NCBI GenBank assembly: GCA_964452905.1
Contig: CAYVNP010000006.1
Span: forward strand, 1,004-65,003
Direction: 5' to 3'
DNA from: an uncultured Bacteroidales bacterium
Lineage (GTDB): Bacteria > Bacteroidota > Bacteroidia > Bacteroidales > CAYVNP01
DNA length: 64,000 nt
Part shown: piece by piece, positions 1-10,886 of the stretch
How the letters are laid out: each line of letters starts with the position of its first letter
How positions within the stretch are numbered: position 1 is the stretch's first letter
Made by a program: the position numbers and the translations under genes
The notes under the pieces: model-generated
The model's input: only the letters and a program-made list of their open reading frames with translations
Databases searched by the model: none
What the model was told of the DNA's origin: nothing

Positions 1-2050
1 GTGCTTCGGCAAAATGTGAAAATTCCATATTTGAAGTAGCTCTTCCGGAAGTGATTGTTCTCATCACAGTAATATATCCGAACAATTCACGCAAGGGCAC
101 TTTGGCTTTCACAATCTGATAACCTATCTTTGATGAAACACTTTCAAGATTACCTCTGCGTTTGTTTAAATCTCCTGTCACATCTCCAATATAGGTATCA
201 GGTGTGACAACTTCAACGTTCATGATCGGTTCAAGAATAACCATTTTTGATTTTCTGCATGCTTCTTTTAAACCAATAGCTGCTGCAACTTCAAAGGATA
301 ATGAATCTGAGTCAACACTATGATACGAGCCGTCAATCAATCGGACTTTTAAACTATAGATAGGATAACCAGCTAATATTCCATTGGTCATGGCTGATTT
401 AAATCCTTTTTCAATAGCAGGAATAAATTCTTTAGGAATATTACCGCTTTTTATTTCATTAACAAATTGAAGTCCTTTAAACTCTTTATCATTGACCGGA
501 GAAATTTCAAATACAAGATCAGCAAATCTGCCTTTACCACCTGATTGTTTTTTATATACTTCATGATGCAATGTAGTGGAAACAACTGCTTCCTTATATG
601 CAACCTGTGGTCTACCGGAATTACATTCAACATTATATTCCCGTTTCAAGCGATCAATAATAATTTCCAGATGCAGTTCACCCATACCACTAATGATAGT
701 CTGACCTGTATCTTCATTCACTTTCACCTGAAATGTAGGATCTTCTTCGGCTAATTTTGCAAGAGAAATATCCAGTTTATCCACATCTGCCTGTGCTTTG
801 GGTTCAACAGCAACGCTGATAACGGGGTCAGGGAATGTGATAGATTCAAGAATCAAAGGATGTTGTACATCGCATAATGTATTTCCAGTACGAATCTCTT
901 TTCCACCTATGATCACACCTATATCGCCCGCTTCAAGGGCATCTACCTGAATCTGTTTATTGGAATGCATCTGAGCAATACGCGCAATCCGTTCTTTCTT
1001 ATCTGTGCTTGTATTCAACACATAGGATCCATTTTTCAATGTGCCGGAATATATCCGGATAAAGGAAAGCTTGCCAACAAAAGGATCTGTAGCAATTTTA
1101 AATACCAAACCGCTGAAATGTTCAGAAGGATCGGTTTTTCTAATTTCTTCTTTTTCAGTATAAGGATTAATGCCTGTAACAGGAGGAATGTCTAAAGGAC
1201 TGGGTAGATAATTTAAAATTGCATCCAATAAAAATTGAACACCTGTATTTTTCAAAGAGGATCCGCAAAGTACCGGTGTAATTCGTCTTTCAAGAGTTGC
1301 CTTTCTGATCTCGGCTATAATTTCTTGTTCGGTGATAGAATTGGGATTGGACAAATATTTTTCGAGAAGCTCTTCTCTCTCTTCAACGGCTCCTTCTATT
1401 AACTTTTTTCTGTATTCTTCTGCGGTGCGTCTCAGTTCATCTGGGATAGGCACCTCGTTAAAATTTACGCCTTGCGAGGACGGCTCCCATTCATATGCTT
1501 TGTTTTTAATCAGGTCAATTACCCCCTTGAATTCTGTTTCAGCTCCGATAGGTAATTGAATGATCAACGGTTTAGCAGCAAGTTTATCTTCTATTTGATT
1601 GACCACACTGAAAAAATCAGCTCCAGAGCGATCCATCTTATTAATATAACAAATTCTGGGAACGTGATATTTATTGGCTTGCCTCCAAACGGTTTCGGAC
1701 TGTGGCTGAACACCTCCTACAGCGCAAAAAATAGCAACGGCACCATCCAATACTCTCAACGATCGTTCTACTTCAACAGTAAAATCAACGTGACCGGGAG
1801 TATCTATTAAATTTATTTTATATTGGTTCTCATTCTGGTTCCAAAAAATGGATGTAGCTGCAGACGTAATGGTTATCCCTCTCTCCTGTTCCTGCACCAT
1901 CCAATCCATAGTTGCAGCACCATCATCAACTTCACCTATTTTATAATTTTTACCAGTATAAAACAGTAAACGTTCGGTCGTAGTGGTCTTGCCGGCATCA
2001 ATATGAGCCATTATCCCGATATTTCTTGTATGTGTCAGAGCGACCTGCAT
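1..2050 (-). CDS. fusA: Elongation factor G, partial (3' end runs off the left window edge)
   Basis: Absent from the ORF track because no stop lies inside the window. Reverse translation from the ATG at 2048-2050 gives [33 protein letters not shown] (G1 motif), later DTPGHVDF, and at the edge ...[15 protein letters not shown]. It follows rpsL-rpsG as in the str operon. Confidence 0.95.
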   Translation of the reverse strand, partial: MQVALTHTRNIGIMAHIDAGKTTTTERLLFYTGKNYKIGEVDDGAATMDWMVQEQERGITITSAATSIFWNQNENQYKINLIDTPGHVDFTVEVERSLRVLDGAVAIFCAVGGVQPQSETVWRQANKYHVPRICYINKMDRSGADFFSVVNQIEDKLAAKPLIIQLPIGAETEFKGVIDLIKNKAYEWEPSSQGVNFNEVPIPDELRRTAEEYRKKLIEGAVEEREELLEKYLSNPNSITEQEIIAEIRKATLERRITPVLCGSSLKNTGVQFLLDAILNYLPSPLDIPPVTGINPYTEKEEIRKTDPSEHFSGLVFKIATDPFVGKLSFIRIYSGTLKNGSYVLNTSTDKKERIARIAQMHSNKQIQVDALEAGDIGVIIGGKEIRTGNTLCDVQHPLILESITFPDPVISVAVEPKAQADVDKLDISLAKLAEEDPTFQVKVNEDTGQTIISGMGELHLEIIIDRLKREYNVECNSGRPQVAYKEAVVSTTLHHEVYKKQSGGKGRFADLVFEISPVNDKEFKGLQFVNEIKSGNIPKEFIPAIEKGFKSAMTNGILAGYPIYSLKVRLIDGSYHSVDSDSLSFEVAAAIGLKEACRKSKMVILEPIMNVEVVTPDTYIGDVTGDLNKRRGNLESVSSKIGYQIVKAKVPLRELFGYITVMRTITSGRATSNMEFSHFAEA

Positions 2051-2078
2051 GAATGCGTTTACTTCTAAAAAATTTAAA

Positions 2079-2546
2079 TTAAAATCTAAAATGTGAAAAT
2101 GCTTTGTTCGCATCAGCCATACGATGCGTATCTTCTTTCTTTTTAAATGCAGCACCTTCTTCTTTATAAGCTGCAATGATCTCGCTTGCCAGATTATTTG
2201 CCATTGATTTTTCTTTACGTGCACGTGAATAGTTGATCAATGATTTCATTCCGATAGACATTTTACGTGCAGGTCTGATCTCAGTAGGAATCTGAAAATT
2301 AGCACCACCTATACGACGACTTTTTACCTCAACGGAAGGGCTCACGTTATCAAGTGCTTTTTTAAATATTTCCAGACCGTCTTCTTTGGTCTTGGTTGAA
2401 ACGATTTCAATGGCATCGTAAAAAATATTATAAGCAACACTCTTCTTGCCGCTAAACATAAGATTATTGACAAAACGAGTTACCAAACGATCTTTAAATT
2501 TTGGATCTGGTAATACTTCTCTTTTCTTGGCTTTTGTTTTTCTCAT
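2079..2546 (-). CDS. rpsG: 30S ribosomal protein S7
   Basis: 155 aa, [27 protein letters not shown]..., a typical S7 N-terminus and length, between rpsL and fusA. Confidence 0.95.
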   Translation of the reverse strand: MRKTKAKKREVLPDPKFKDRLVTRFVNNLMFSGKKSVAYNIFYDAIEIVSTKTKEDGLEIFKKALDNVSPSVEVKSRRIGGANFQIPTEIRPARKMSIGMKSLINYSRARKEKSMANNLASEIIAAYKEEGAAFKKKEDTHRMADANKAFSHFRF

Positions 2547-2575
2547 TTTTTTACAGTTATATCTGTATTAATATG

Positions 2576-2962
2576 TTATTTTTTTGCAGCTTCTTTAGGT
2601 CTCTTGGCACCGTATTTCGATCTTCTTTGTTTTCTTCCTTCAACACCAGATGTATCAAGAGTTCCTCGGATGATATGATATCTAACTCCCGGTAAATCTT
2701 TTACTCTGCCACCACGTATCATCACGATTGAGTGTTCTTGTAAATTGTGTCCTTCACCGGGTATATATGCATTTACTTCTTTCTGATTGGTTAAACGCAC
2801 CCTCGCTACCTTACGCATGGCTGAGTTCGGTTTTTTGGGGGTTTGTGTATAAACCCTTGTGCAAACACCTCTCCGTTGAGGACAACTGTCTAATGACGGA
2901 GATTTGCTTTTAAAATTTAATTTCTTTCGCCCTTTGCGGACTAACTGCTGTATTGTTGGCAT
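2576..2962 (-). CDS. rpsL: 30S ribosomal protein S12
   Basis: [12 protein letters not shown]... plus PKKPNSALRK-like and [14 protein letters not shown] motifs. Confidence 0.97.
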   Translation of the reverse strand: MPTIQQLVRKGRKKLNFKSKSPSLDSCPQRRGVCTRVYTQTPKKPNSAMRKVARVRLTNQKEVNAYIPGEGHNLQEHSIVMIRGGRVKDLPGVRYHIIRGTLDTSGVEGRKQRRSKYGAKRPKEAAKK

Positions 2963-3018
2963 ATTGTTTAAAAATCAATTTACTCAATAAAAAAATTGCC
3001 CTAAATTTTAGGGGACTG

Positions 3019-3026
3019 CAAAATTA
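3019..3026 (-). promoter_or_regulatory. Candidate Bacteroidota -7 box (TAATTTTG) for the rpsL-rpsG-fusA operon
   Basis: The reverse complement of caaaatta is TAATTTTG, matching the TAnnTTTG consensus, 57 nt upstream of the rpsL ATG. Confidence 0.4.
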
Positions 3027-3351
3027 AAAATAATTTTCTGAAATACAATAATTTTTTGAAAAAGTTTTTATTTTTTTTATTGTAAGGGATTTTAAAACAT
3101 TAAATATTAAGAAAAATCATAAAAAAATATGGATATCAAAAATTATAATTAAAGAAACCTGATTTATTTATTTTTTGCAAATCCCTGAACAACAAATTAG
3201 TATAAAGAAATTCCATCATTTAAAATAGTCAAATCACATAATCTATTTTATTTAAATAATAAATCTATTGATTTGGGTGTAAAACTAAATCTGATAAAAT
3301 AATAAAATCATTAAATCAGCTTTTACTCTTTTGTATTTTACAAATTTCAGT

Positions 3352-3359
3352 TAATTTTG
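3352..3359 (+). promoter_or_regulatory. Candidate -7 box (TAATTTTG) for folE
   Basis: TAnnTTTG match ending 15 nt before the folE ATG at 3374. Confidence 0.4.
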
Positions 3360-3373
3360 CAAAAAATATTTCA

Positions 3374-3994
3374 ATGAGTCGTAATGGAGATAATAAGAGA
3401 TTTAATAAAGCAGATCAGTTTGATGAAGCGAGTGTTGAACAAATTGCAACACATTACAAAGAAATTTTAAAACTTATCGGTGAAGACCCTGACAGGGAAG
3501 GATTACTCAAATCACCTACACGAGTTGCAAAAGCAATGTTGTTTCTCACACAAGGATATGATGAAAAACCCGAAGATATTTTGCTTTCAGCCCGTTTCCA
3601 GGAGGATTACAACGAAATGGTCATTGTTAAAAACATCGATTTATATTCGATGTGTGAACATCACTTGTTGCCCTTTATTGGCAAAGCACACATTGCCTAC
3701 ATCCCGAGAAATTATATTGTAGGTTTAAGTAAGATCCCACGCGTGGTTGATGCATTTGCCCGTCGTTTACAGGTGCAGGAACGGCTCACCACACAGATTA
3801 AAAACTGTATTCAGGATACGCTTGATCCATTAGGTGTAGCTGTCGTCATTGAAGCACAACATCTCTGTATGCAGATCAGAGGTGTACAAAAACAAAATTC
3901 GATAGCCACCACATCTGATTTTACCGGTGCATTTTTAAAGGATAATAAAACAAGAATGGAATTTTTACGTTTGATAGGAAGTAGTTTACATTAA
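3374..3994 (+). CDS. folE: GTP cyclohydrolase I
   Basis: 206 aa with [10 protein letters not shown] and the downstream QVQERLT motif typical of FolE. Confidence 0.9.
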   Translation: MSRNGDNKRFNKADQFDEASVEQIATHYKEILKLIGEDPDREGLLKSPTRVAKAMLFLTQGYDEKPEDILLSARFQEDYNEMVIVKNIDLYSMCEHHLLPFIGKAHIAYIPRNYIVGLSKIPRVVDAFARRLQVQERLTTQIKNCIQDTLDPLGVAVVIEAQHLCMQIRGVQKQNSIATTSDFTGAFLKDNKTRMEFLRLIGSSLH

Positions 3995-4024
3995 TCTATT
4001 TATTAATATTAATTAAATTTAATT

Positions 4025-4753
4025 ATGGAAAATAATTTTAATGCATTTCAAAATTTCCAGAACACAACACGCAAGGAAATCGTAACAGATACCCGCACAT
4101 TTATGTCAGGTGTATTCAGTTGGATGTTTTTAGGTCTTGCTATTACAGCATTCGTTGCATGGTATTTTGCCACGGATTTAAGTTTGATCCGTTTGCTGAT
4201 CAATGAAAGCGGGATGTCCATTTTAGGTTGGATTGTAACCTTTTCACCATTTATTTTTGTATTGATCATGGGTATGCGCTTCATGAAACTTTCAGCCCAA
4301 ACAATGGCAATTCTTTTTGCTGTTTTTGCTATCCTTATGGGTATGAGTCTGAGTTTTATTCTTTTGATCTATACCGCTGCTTCCGTTTTTAAAACCTTTG
4401 CCATCACTGCCGGAATGTTTGGTGTCATGGCTTTAACCGGCTATACGACTAAAACAGACCTGACAAAATTCGGATCCATTATGATCATGGGTTTGTGGGG
4501 CATCATCCTTGCCAGCGTAGTAAACTTTTTTATGCACAGTGCACAGATTGATTATATCATCAGTATTTTCGGTGTTTTGGTATTCACCGGTTTAACTGCC
4601 TATGATGTACAAAAACTAAAACGCATCGGCGAAGGTGCTGAATACGGATCTGAAAATACACGTAAACTTGCTATCATGGGGGCATTGACCTTATATCTTG
4701 ATTTTATTAATTTGTTTTTATTTCTACTTCGTTTCTTTGGAAACAGAAAATAA
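4025..4753 (+). CDS. Bax inhibitor-1/YccA family membrane protein
   Basis: About 7 TM helices and a basic C-terminal tail (LLRFFGNRK). Size and topology are typical of the BI-1 family. Confidence 0.8.
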   Translation: MENNFNAFQNFQNTTRKEIVTDTRTFMSGVFSWMFLGLAITAFVAWYFATDLSLIRLLINESGMSILGWIVTFSPFIFVLIMGMRFMKLSAQTMAILFAVFAILMGMSLSFILLIYTAASVFKTFAITAGMFGVMALTGYTTKTDLTKFGSIMIMGLWGIILASVVNFFMHSAQIDYIISIFGVLVFTGLTAYDVQKLKRIGEGAEYGSENTRKLAIMGALTLYLDFINLFLFLLRFFGNRK

Positions 4754-4795
4754 ACTTCATTATTTTACATTTTTTAACGTATATCATTTTATTTT

Positions 4796-5674
4796 ATGAA
4801 AGCATTAATTTTTCCGGGACAAGGTTCTCAGTTTGTCGGGATGGGAAAAGAACTGAATGAACAATCACTTATAGCCAAAGAACTTTTTGAAAAAGCAAAT
4901 ATTATTCTTGGTTTCAGCATAACTGACATCATGTTTTCAGGAAGTGAAGAGGAATTAAAACAAACCAAGGTAACTCAACCGGCTATTTTTTTACATTCCG
5001 TTATTCTATCACAAACTATGCTGAATATCCAATTCGATGCAGTTGCCGGACACTCGTTGGGAGAACTTTCCGCATTGGTAGCAAATAAAACATTAACGTT
5101 TGAAGATGGTTTGAAACTGGTAAGCATTCGGGCACAAGCGATGCAGAAAGCATGCGAGTTGCAACCTTCCGGAATGGCTGCCATCATTGGCATGGACGAT
5201 CAAAAGGTAGTAGATATTTGTCAATCCATAACTGAAGAAATCGTTGTAGCAGCAAATTTCAATTGCCCCGGACAACTTGTTATATCTGGTACTTTAAAAG
5301 GAATTGAAATTGCCTGTGAAAAAATTAAAGCTGCAGGAGCTAAACGGGCATTGCCTTTGAAGGTTGGAGGTGCATTCCATTCTCCTTTCATGCAACCCGC
5401 CAAATTGGAATTGGAAGCAACTATAAACTCCATGCATTTCAACACACCTATTTGTCCAATCTATCAAAATGCTACTGCCCTCCCCTCTTTAGATCCATCT
5501 GTTATTAAAAAGAATTTAATAGATCAATTGACATCCCCTGTTCTTTGGACACAATCCGTAAAGAATATGATTACTGATAACATTCAACAATTTGTTGAAA
5601 TTGGGCCAGGACAGGTATTGCAAGGATTAGTGAAAAAAATTTCTTCGAATGCTGAAACTTCAGGAATAAATTAA
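4796..5674 (+). CDS. fabD: Malonyl CoA-ACP transacylase
   Basis: FPGQGSQ N-terminus, GHSLGE active-site serine motif, 292 aa. Confidence 0.9.
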   Translation: MKALIFPGQGSQFVGMGKELNEQSLIAKELFEKANIILGFSITDIMFSGSEEELKQTKVTQPAIFLHSVILSQTMLNIQFDAVAGHSLGELSALVANKTLTFEDGLKLVSIRAQAMQKACELQPSGMAAIIGMDDQKVVDICQSITEEIVVAANFNCPGQLVISGTLKGIEIACEKIKAAGAKRALPLKVGGAFHSPFMQPAKLELEATINSMHFNTPICPIYQNATALPSLDPSVIKKNLIDQLTSPVLWTQSVKNMITDNIQQFVEIGPGQVLQGLVKKISSNAETSGIN

Positions 5675-5688
5675 TGAATTAACATTCT

Positions 5689-6441
5689 TTACAATGTTTG
5701 ATTAATTAAATTGCCCGACAAGACTAATTTTTCCAAAAAAGGATTGTGAAGAGTTTGTTTTATTTCATCAATATATTTTATTGCATGGGTATCTGTTCCC
5801 ACCAATTCAATCATATTATTTTCAATCATTCTTTCAGCAAGCTTTTTTACCTGTGGAGAATAAATTCCTGTAAGTGAAATAATATTCATTTGAAAAATAA
5901 TTTCTCTGCTTTTTAATTCTTCAAATTTATCAAACTCATCAAACCAAAATAGATATCTTTCAGGATGAGCTAAAACAATTCTATATCCGTTCACCTGTAA
6001 TTCAAAGATCATATTATTCAGATTTACCGGAGGATTCATAAAAGATAATTCAACCAACACGAACCCATTTCCAAAAGTTAAAATTTCCTGTTGATTCATT
6101 TTATCAAGCAAGCCATCATCAATAAGGTATTCCGCAGCCACTTCAAGAGTTACAGGGATATTTGCATCAGCAACTGCTTTTTTAAGATTTTCAAAACTAG
6201 AAAGTATTCCTGCTTTAGAATTTTTAAAAAAATCATTCATCACATGGGGAGTAGTAATTAGCTTGCTATATCCCAGTTCATATAACCCCTGAATAAGTTC
6301 AAGAGATTCATTCATGGATTCAGAACCATCATCCAAATTTGGAATTAAGTGCGAATGAATGTCTGTTTTTATCAATGACAAATCAATGGGATCATTTGAT
6401 TCAATTGTTTTTTTGTTAAAAAAATTATTAAATAACCCCAT
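5689..6441 (-). CDS. CpsB/CapC-like PHP-family tyrosine-protein phosphatase
   Basis: DIHSHLIPNLDDG near the N-terminus, TPH, and a later AHPERY motif. This is the PHP metal-ligand pattern of capsule phosphatases. Confidence 0.75.
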   Translation of the reverse strand: MGLFNNFFNKKTIESNDPIDLSLIKTDIHSHLIPNLDDGSESMNESLELIQGLYELGYSKLITTPHVMNDFFKNSKAGILSSFENLKKAVADANIPVTLEVAAEYLIDDGLLDKMNQQEILTFGNGFVLVELSFMNPPVNLNNMIFELQVNGYRIVLAHPERYLFWFDEFDKFEELKSREIIFQMNIISLTGIYSPQVKKLAERMIENNMIELVGTDTHAIKYIDEIKQTLHNPFLEKLVLSGNLINQTL

Positions 6442-6448
6442 AACTGAT

Positions 6449-7438
6449 TTATCTGAAATTTTTAATAAAACTATCCAATGTTATTTTCAACCCCTCTTCA
6501 ATTCGAACTTCAGGGTTATAACCAAGCATTGCTTTCGCTTTTGAAATATCAGCAAATGAATTTTTAATATCCCCTACTCTTTCTTCTTTATGTATTGACA
6601 CTAATGATGATCCCGTAAGAGTTTTCAGTATATTGAATAACTGATTTACAGAAGTTTTTTCACTAACAGCAATATTAAATACCTGATTCAATGCATCTTT
6701 ATTTTCTGTAAACAATGCTTTAATATTTGCCTGAACAGCATTTTCAACAAAAGTAAAATCGCGCATTTGCTCACCATCGCCAAAAATAAGAGGCGAATTA
6801 TTATTTAGCAATGCATCAATAAACAAAGGAATTACAGCGGCATATGGACCTGCTGGGTTTTGTTTTGGACCAAAAATATTAAAATACCGAAGTCCAATAA
6901 TTTCCATATTATATGTTTTTGAAAAAACATCAGCATATATTTCGTTTGCCAATTTTGTAACAGCATAGGGAGATAATGGTTTTCCAATTCGATCCTCTGT
7001 TTTAGGTAATTCTTTTGAATTGCCGTACACCGAAGAAGAACTGGCATATACAATTCGTTTAACCTTTTTTTCTTTTGCTGCAAAAAATATATTTAGAGTC
7101 CCTTCCACATTGACTTTATTAGAATCAATTGGATTTTTAATTGAACGTGGTACAGAACCAAGTGCACCTTGATGCAAGATATAATCTATCCCATCGCAAG
7201 CTTTCAAACATGATTCGTAATTACAAATATCTTCTTCTAAAAACTCAAAAGTGGGAGAAGCAAGATATGTTGCAATATTATTTTTAAATCCGGTTGAAAG
7301 ATTATCAATTACTCGTACTTTACCGGCATTATATTTAATCAGGTACTCAACTATATTTGAACCAATAAATCCTGACCCGCCGGTAACAAGAAATGAAAAT
7401 TCACTAATATTGCTGGTATGAAATGGTTTGTCAAACAT
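6449..7438 (-). CDS. NAD-dependent nucleotide-sugar 4-epimerase (WbpP/TviC-like SDR)
   Basis: TGGSGFIGSN Rossmann motif and YxxxK (YAVTKLANE). I place the start at the ATG at 7436-7438 (MFDKPF...); the longer track ORF to 7510 would overlap rfbB. Confidence 0.75.
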   Translation of the reverse strand: MFDKPFHTSNISEFSFLVTGGSGFIGSNIVEYLIKYNAGKVRVIDNLSTGFKNNIATYLASPTFEFLEEDICNYESCLKACDGIDYILHQGALGSVPRSIKNPIDSNKVNVEGTLNIFFAAKEKKVKRIVYASSSSVYGNSKELPKTEDRIGKPLSPYAVTKLANEIYADVFSKTYNMEIIGLRYFNIFGPKQNPAGPYAAVIPLFIDALLNNNSPLIFGDGEQMRDFTFVENAVQANIKALFTENKDALNQVFNIAVSEKTSVNQLFNILKTLTGSSLVSIHKEERVGDIKNSFADISKAKAMLGYNPEVRIEEGLKITLDSFIKNFR

Positions 7439-7443
7439 TGTTT

Positions 7444-8490
7444 TTATCTTTTTATATATTGTTTTTCGTAATAATTCAAATACACTCCTGTTGTAACTTG
7501 ATTTAACCATTCTTGATTATTCAAATACCAATCTACTGTAAATTCAAGACCTTCTTCAAACTGAAGGGAAGGTTTCCAACCCAATTCATTTTGTAATTTT
7601 GAAGAATCAATTGCATAACGTAAATCATGACCTGCCCTATCTTTGACAAAAGTGATTAAAGAAGATGACTGAACGGTTCTGTTTAATTTTTTATCCATAA
7701 TTGCACAGAGCATCCGAATTAAATCAATATTTTTCCATTCGTTATTACCACCAATATTATAGGTTTCACCCACTTTCCCACGATGAAATATCATGTCAAT
7801 GGCTGCAGCATGGTCCTCAACCCAAAGCCAATCTCTAGTGTTATCCCCTTTGCCATAAATAGGTAAAGGTTTATTATTTTTAATATTATTTATACAAAGA
7901 GGAATGAGTTTTTCAGGAAACTGATTTGCACCATAATTGTTTGAGCAATTGGAAATGACAATTGGAAATCCATAGGTATGAAAATAAGCTCTTACTAAAT
8001 GATCCGAGCTTGCTTTAGAAGCAGAATAAGGACTTCGTGGGTCATATGAAGTTGTTTCTATAAAAGATCCAATATCACCAAGTGATCCATAAACTTCATC
8101 AGTAGATATATGATAAAAAAGTTTATTATTAAACTCATTTTGCCAGATATGTTTTGCCGCATTTAACAAATTTGTAGTTCCAAGAATATTAGTTAAAACA
8201 AAATCCGTAGGATTAGCAATTGACCTGTCAACATGTGATTCAGCAGCCAAATGAATCACACCATCAAACATATGTTGTTGAAATATCTGAAGCATCTTCT
8301 CCCCATCAACAATATCTGCCTTAATAAAAGTATAATTGGGTTTATGTTCGATATCTTGAAGATTTGATAAATTTCCAGCATAAGTCAACTTGTCCAGATT
8401 AAAAATATGATAATCAGGAAAAGTATTAACAAATCTGCGAACTACGTGAGAACCAATAAAACCAGCTCCACCTGTTATTAAAATCTTCAT
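7444..8490 (-). CDS. rfbB: dTDP-glucose 4,6-dehydratase
   Basis: MKILITGGAGFIGSH, STDEVYG, YSASKASSD (YxxxK), 348 aa. Confidence 0.9.
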   Translation of the reverse strand: MKILITGGAGFIGSHVVRRFVNTFPDYHIFNLDKLTYAGNLSNLQDIEHKPNYTFIKADIVDGEKMLQIFQQHMFDGVIHLAAESHVDRSIANPTDFVLTNILGTTNLLNAAKHIWQNEFNNKLFYHISTDEVYGSLGDIGSFIETTSYDPRSPYSASKASSDHLVRAYFHTYGFPIVISNCSNNYGANQFPEKLIPLCINNIKNNKPLPIYGKGDNTRDWLWVEDHAAAIDMIFHRGKVGETYNIGGNNEWKNIDLIRMLCAIMDKKLNRTVQSSSLITFVKDRAGHDLRYAIDSSKLQNELGWKPSLQFEEGLEFTVDWYLNNQEWLNQVTTGVYLNYYEKQYIKR

Positions 8491-8498
8491 TAATAAAA

Positions 8499-9797
8499 TT
8501 AAAGACTTAGATAATGAATATTTTTAAATTTATTTCTGTAAATGCTCTTCACATCGAATAAAACACCATCATTCGTTAGAAGTGTTTTAAAATATTTTTC
8601 ATCAAATGTAAGATATTGTTCATGATTCACGGCAACAACAATCAGATCATATTTATTTTTTGTGAAATCATCTACCAGTTCGAACCCATATTCATGTTTT
8701 AATTCTTCTGAAGAAGCATGCGTATCAGTAACATCAACTTTAATACCATATGATTTTAATTCGGATATTACATCGGCTACTTTTGAATTTCTGATATCAC
8801 TAACATTTTCTTTAAATGTTGCCCCCATTACCAGCGCTTTGGCATTCAACACCTGTTTACCAATGGCAATCATTTTTTTGACAGATTGTTTGGCTACATA
8901 AAAACCCATAGAGTCATTAACAAAACGACCGGAAAGAATAAGTTGGGGATGATATCTGAATTGTTTTGCTTTATATGTCAAATAATAAGGGTCAACACCT
9001 ATACAATGCCCACCAACCAAGCCGGGGAAAAAACGAAGAAAATTCCATTTGGTACCTGCTGCTTCAAGGACGTCATGTGTATTAATCCCCATCCGATTGA
9101 AAATAATTGACAACTCATTCATCAAACCGATGTTAACATCACGTTGGGTGTTTTCAATAATCTTTGCCGCCTCAGCTACTTTGATGGATTGTGCTTTATA
9201 TACACCCGCTGTGACAACCAACTCATATACTTTTGCAATAATATCCAGTGATTCTGCATCACAACCTGAAACCACTTTACGAATAGTAGTAATCGTATGT
9301 TCCTTATCTCCCGGATTAATTCGTTCGGGTGAATAACCGACTTTAAAATCCTTTTCGGCTTTCAATCCTGAAAACTTTTCCATTACAGGATAACAATCTT
9401 CTTCTGTACATCCCGGATAAACGGTTGATTCAAAAACAACATAATCCCCAATCTTCAATGCACTACCAACAGTTTTTGAAGCGCCAATCAAAGGCGTTAA
9501 GTCAGGCATATTGTGATTATCGATTGGCGTTGGAACCGCTACAATATGAAATTGTGCTTCTTTTAATTTTTCAACGGAATCCGTAAACTCTATATCACAG
9601 CCATCAAAAGCCGAAGAAGGTAATTCGTTACTCGGATCAATTTTATTTCTCATCATTTCAACCCGATCCGCTTTAATATCAAAACCAATCACTTTAATTT
9701 TTTTAGCAAACTCAAGTGCAATAGGTAATCCAACGTAACCAAGTCCTATCAAGGAAAGTTTTGCTTCTTTTTTTAAAAGTTTTTCATAAATATTCAT
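8499..9797 (-). CDS. UDP-N-acetyl-hexosamine 6-dehydrogenase (WbpA/WbpO/TviB family)
   Basis: IGLGYVGLPIALEFA N-terminal Rossmann motif and GGHCIGVDPYY catalytic Cys motif, 432 aa. Confidence 0.8.
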   Translation of the reverse strand: MNIYEKLLKKEAKLSLIGLGYVGLPIALEFAKKIKVIGFDIKADRVEMMRNKIDPSNELPSSAFDGCDIEFTDSVEKLKEAQFHIVAVPTPIDNHNMPDLTPLIGASKTVGSALKIGDYVVFESTVYPGCTEEDCYPVMEKFSGLKAEKDFKVGYSPERINPGDKEHTITTIRKVVSGCDAESLDIIAKVYELVVTAGVYKAQSIKVAEAAKIIENTQRDVNIGLMNELSIIFNRMGINTHDVLEAAGTKWNFLRFFPGLVGGHCIGVDPYYLTYKAKQFRYHPQLILSGRFVNDSMGFYVAKQSVKKMIAIGKQVLNAKALVMGATFKENVSDIRNSKVADVISELKSYGIKVDVTDTHASSEELKHEYGFELVDDFTKNKYDLIVVAVNHEQYLTFDEKYFKTLLTNDGVLFDVKSIYRNKFKNIHYLSL

Positions 9798-9808
9798 AAA
9801 CTCAATTT

Positions 9809-10876
9809 TTATTTATTACTAAAATTTATCTTCTTTTTTGTAAGTTTGGAATCACGTAAAGCATATATCCTTTCAATAATTTCAACTACCTTAAGACCTT
9901 CCAACGCATTGGTCGTAATGGTTGTCCTCCCTTTTAATGTATTAACTACATTTTCAATAATATAATGATGATTGGCAGCAGATCCTTTATAGTGCCCATA
10001 ATCATTGGGTGGATTTACCGGAGCAAGTTTAGGCATCGTATAATCTTTAATATGACAATACTCTACCTGATTCATATACTGACCGCCAATTTTAACTGAA
10101 CCATTCGAACCTATAATTGTTATACTGCTTTCAAGATTCGTATCCCAAACAGAGGTAGAATAATTAATACATCCTAAACCACCATTTATAAATTTAAAAT
10201 GTACACATCCTGAATCTTCAAATTCAGTTAACTCTTTATGACTAAAATCATCAAAGGTAGCTTGAATATCAGTGATATCGCCAAAGAGCCAGAACATGAT
10301 ATCAATGAAATGTGAAAACTGGGTAAATAGAGTTCCACCATCAAGTTCCTGCGTTCCTTTCCAATCGCCTTTTAATTTTTTATAATATCGTTCGTCTCGG
10401 TTCCAGTAACAATTGATCTGAACCATAAATATTTTTCCGATGGTTTCTTTTTCAACAATCTCTTTTAACCAGACAGATGGTGGTGAATATCTGTTTTGCA
10501 TCACAGTAAAAAAATGACGTGACATTTGCAATGCTTTATAAATTACCTGTTCACAACCAATTTTTGAAAGACCAAGCGGTTTTTCGCAAACAACATGTTT
10601 TTTAGCTTCCAGTGATTTCAGGGAATGTTCTACATGTAATCCATTAGGTGTACATATGTTGACCACATCAATATTTAACCCTGAATTTAATAATTCATCA
10701 ATTGATGAATAAAAAGGAACATTATATTTTTCAATATTTAAAACGTCTTTAGCCCTTATATCACATAATGCAACAAGATTTGATTCTTCGTTTTGAACAA
10801 TCATTTCAGCATGCCTTTTACCTATATGTCCACAGCCAACAACTGCAAAATTAATTTTATCAGAAATAATATTCAT
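9809..10876 (-). CDS. Gfo/Idh/MocA oxidoreductase, WbpB-like
   Basis: VGCGHIGKRH N-terminal NAD motif and EKP motif. Positioned between a WbpA-like and a WbpD-like gene. Confidence 0.65.
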   Translation of the reverse strand: MNIISDKINFAVVGCGHIGKRHAEMIVQNEESNLVALCDIRAKDVLNIEKYNVPFYSSIDELLNSGLNIDVVNICTPNGLHVEHSLKSLEAKKHVVCEKPLGLSKIGCEQVIYKALQMSRHFFTVMQNRYSPPSVWLKEIVEKETIGKIFMVQINCYWNRDERYYKKLKGDWKGTQELDGGTLFTQFSHFIDIMFWLFGDITDIQATFDDFSHKELTEFEDSGCVHFKFINGGLGCINYSTSVWDTNLESSITIIGSNGSVKIGGQYMNQVEYCHIKDYTMPKLAPVNPPNDYGHYKGSAANHHYIIENVVNTLKGRTTITTNALEGLKVVEIIERIYALRDSKLTKKKINFSNK

Positions 10877-10886
10877 ACAATCTAAA

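Noticed and set aside
545-1810. Four + strand ORFs of 69-84 aa (545-754, 965-1195, 1332-1559, 1556-1810) in a region with no long ORF in the track
   Set aside because: They lie antisense to a continuous EF-G reading frame on the minus strand that is open to the window edge. They are low-complexity shadow ORFs with no recognisable motifs.
2963-3373. 410-bp AT-rich spacer between rpsL and folE, examined for a riboswitch, sRNA or small ORF
   Set aside because: Only promoter-like TAnnTTTG boxes and one small palindrome were found. There are no conserved-looking helices and no ORF beyond a few codons. It is consistent with a divergent promoter region with A/T tracts.
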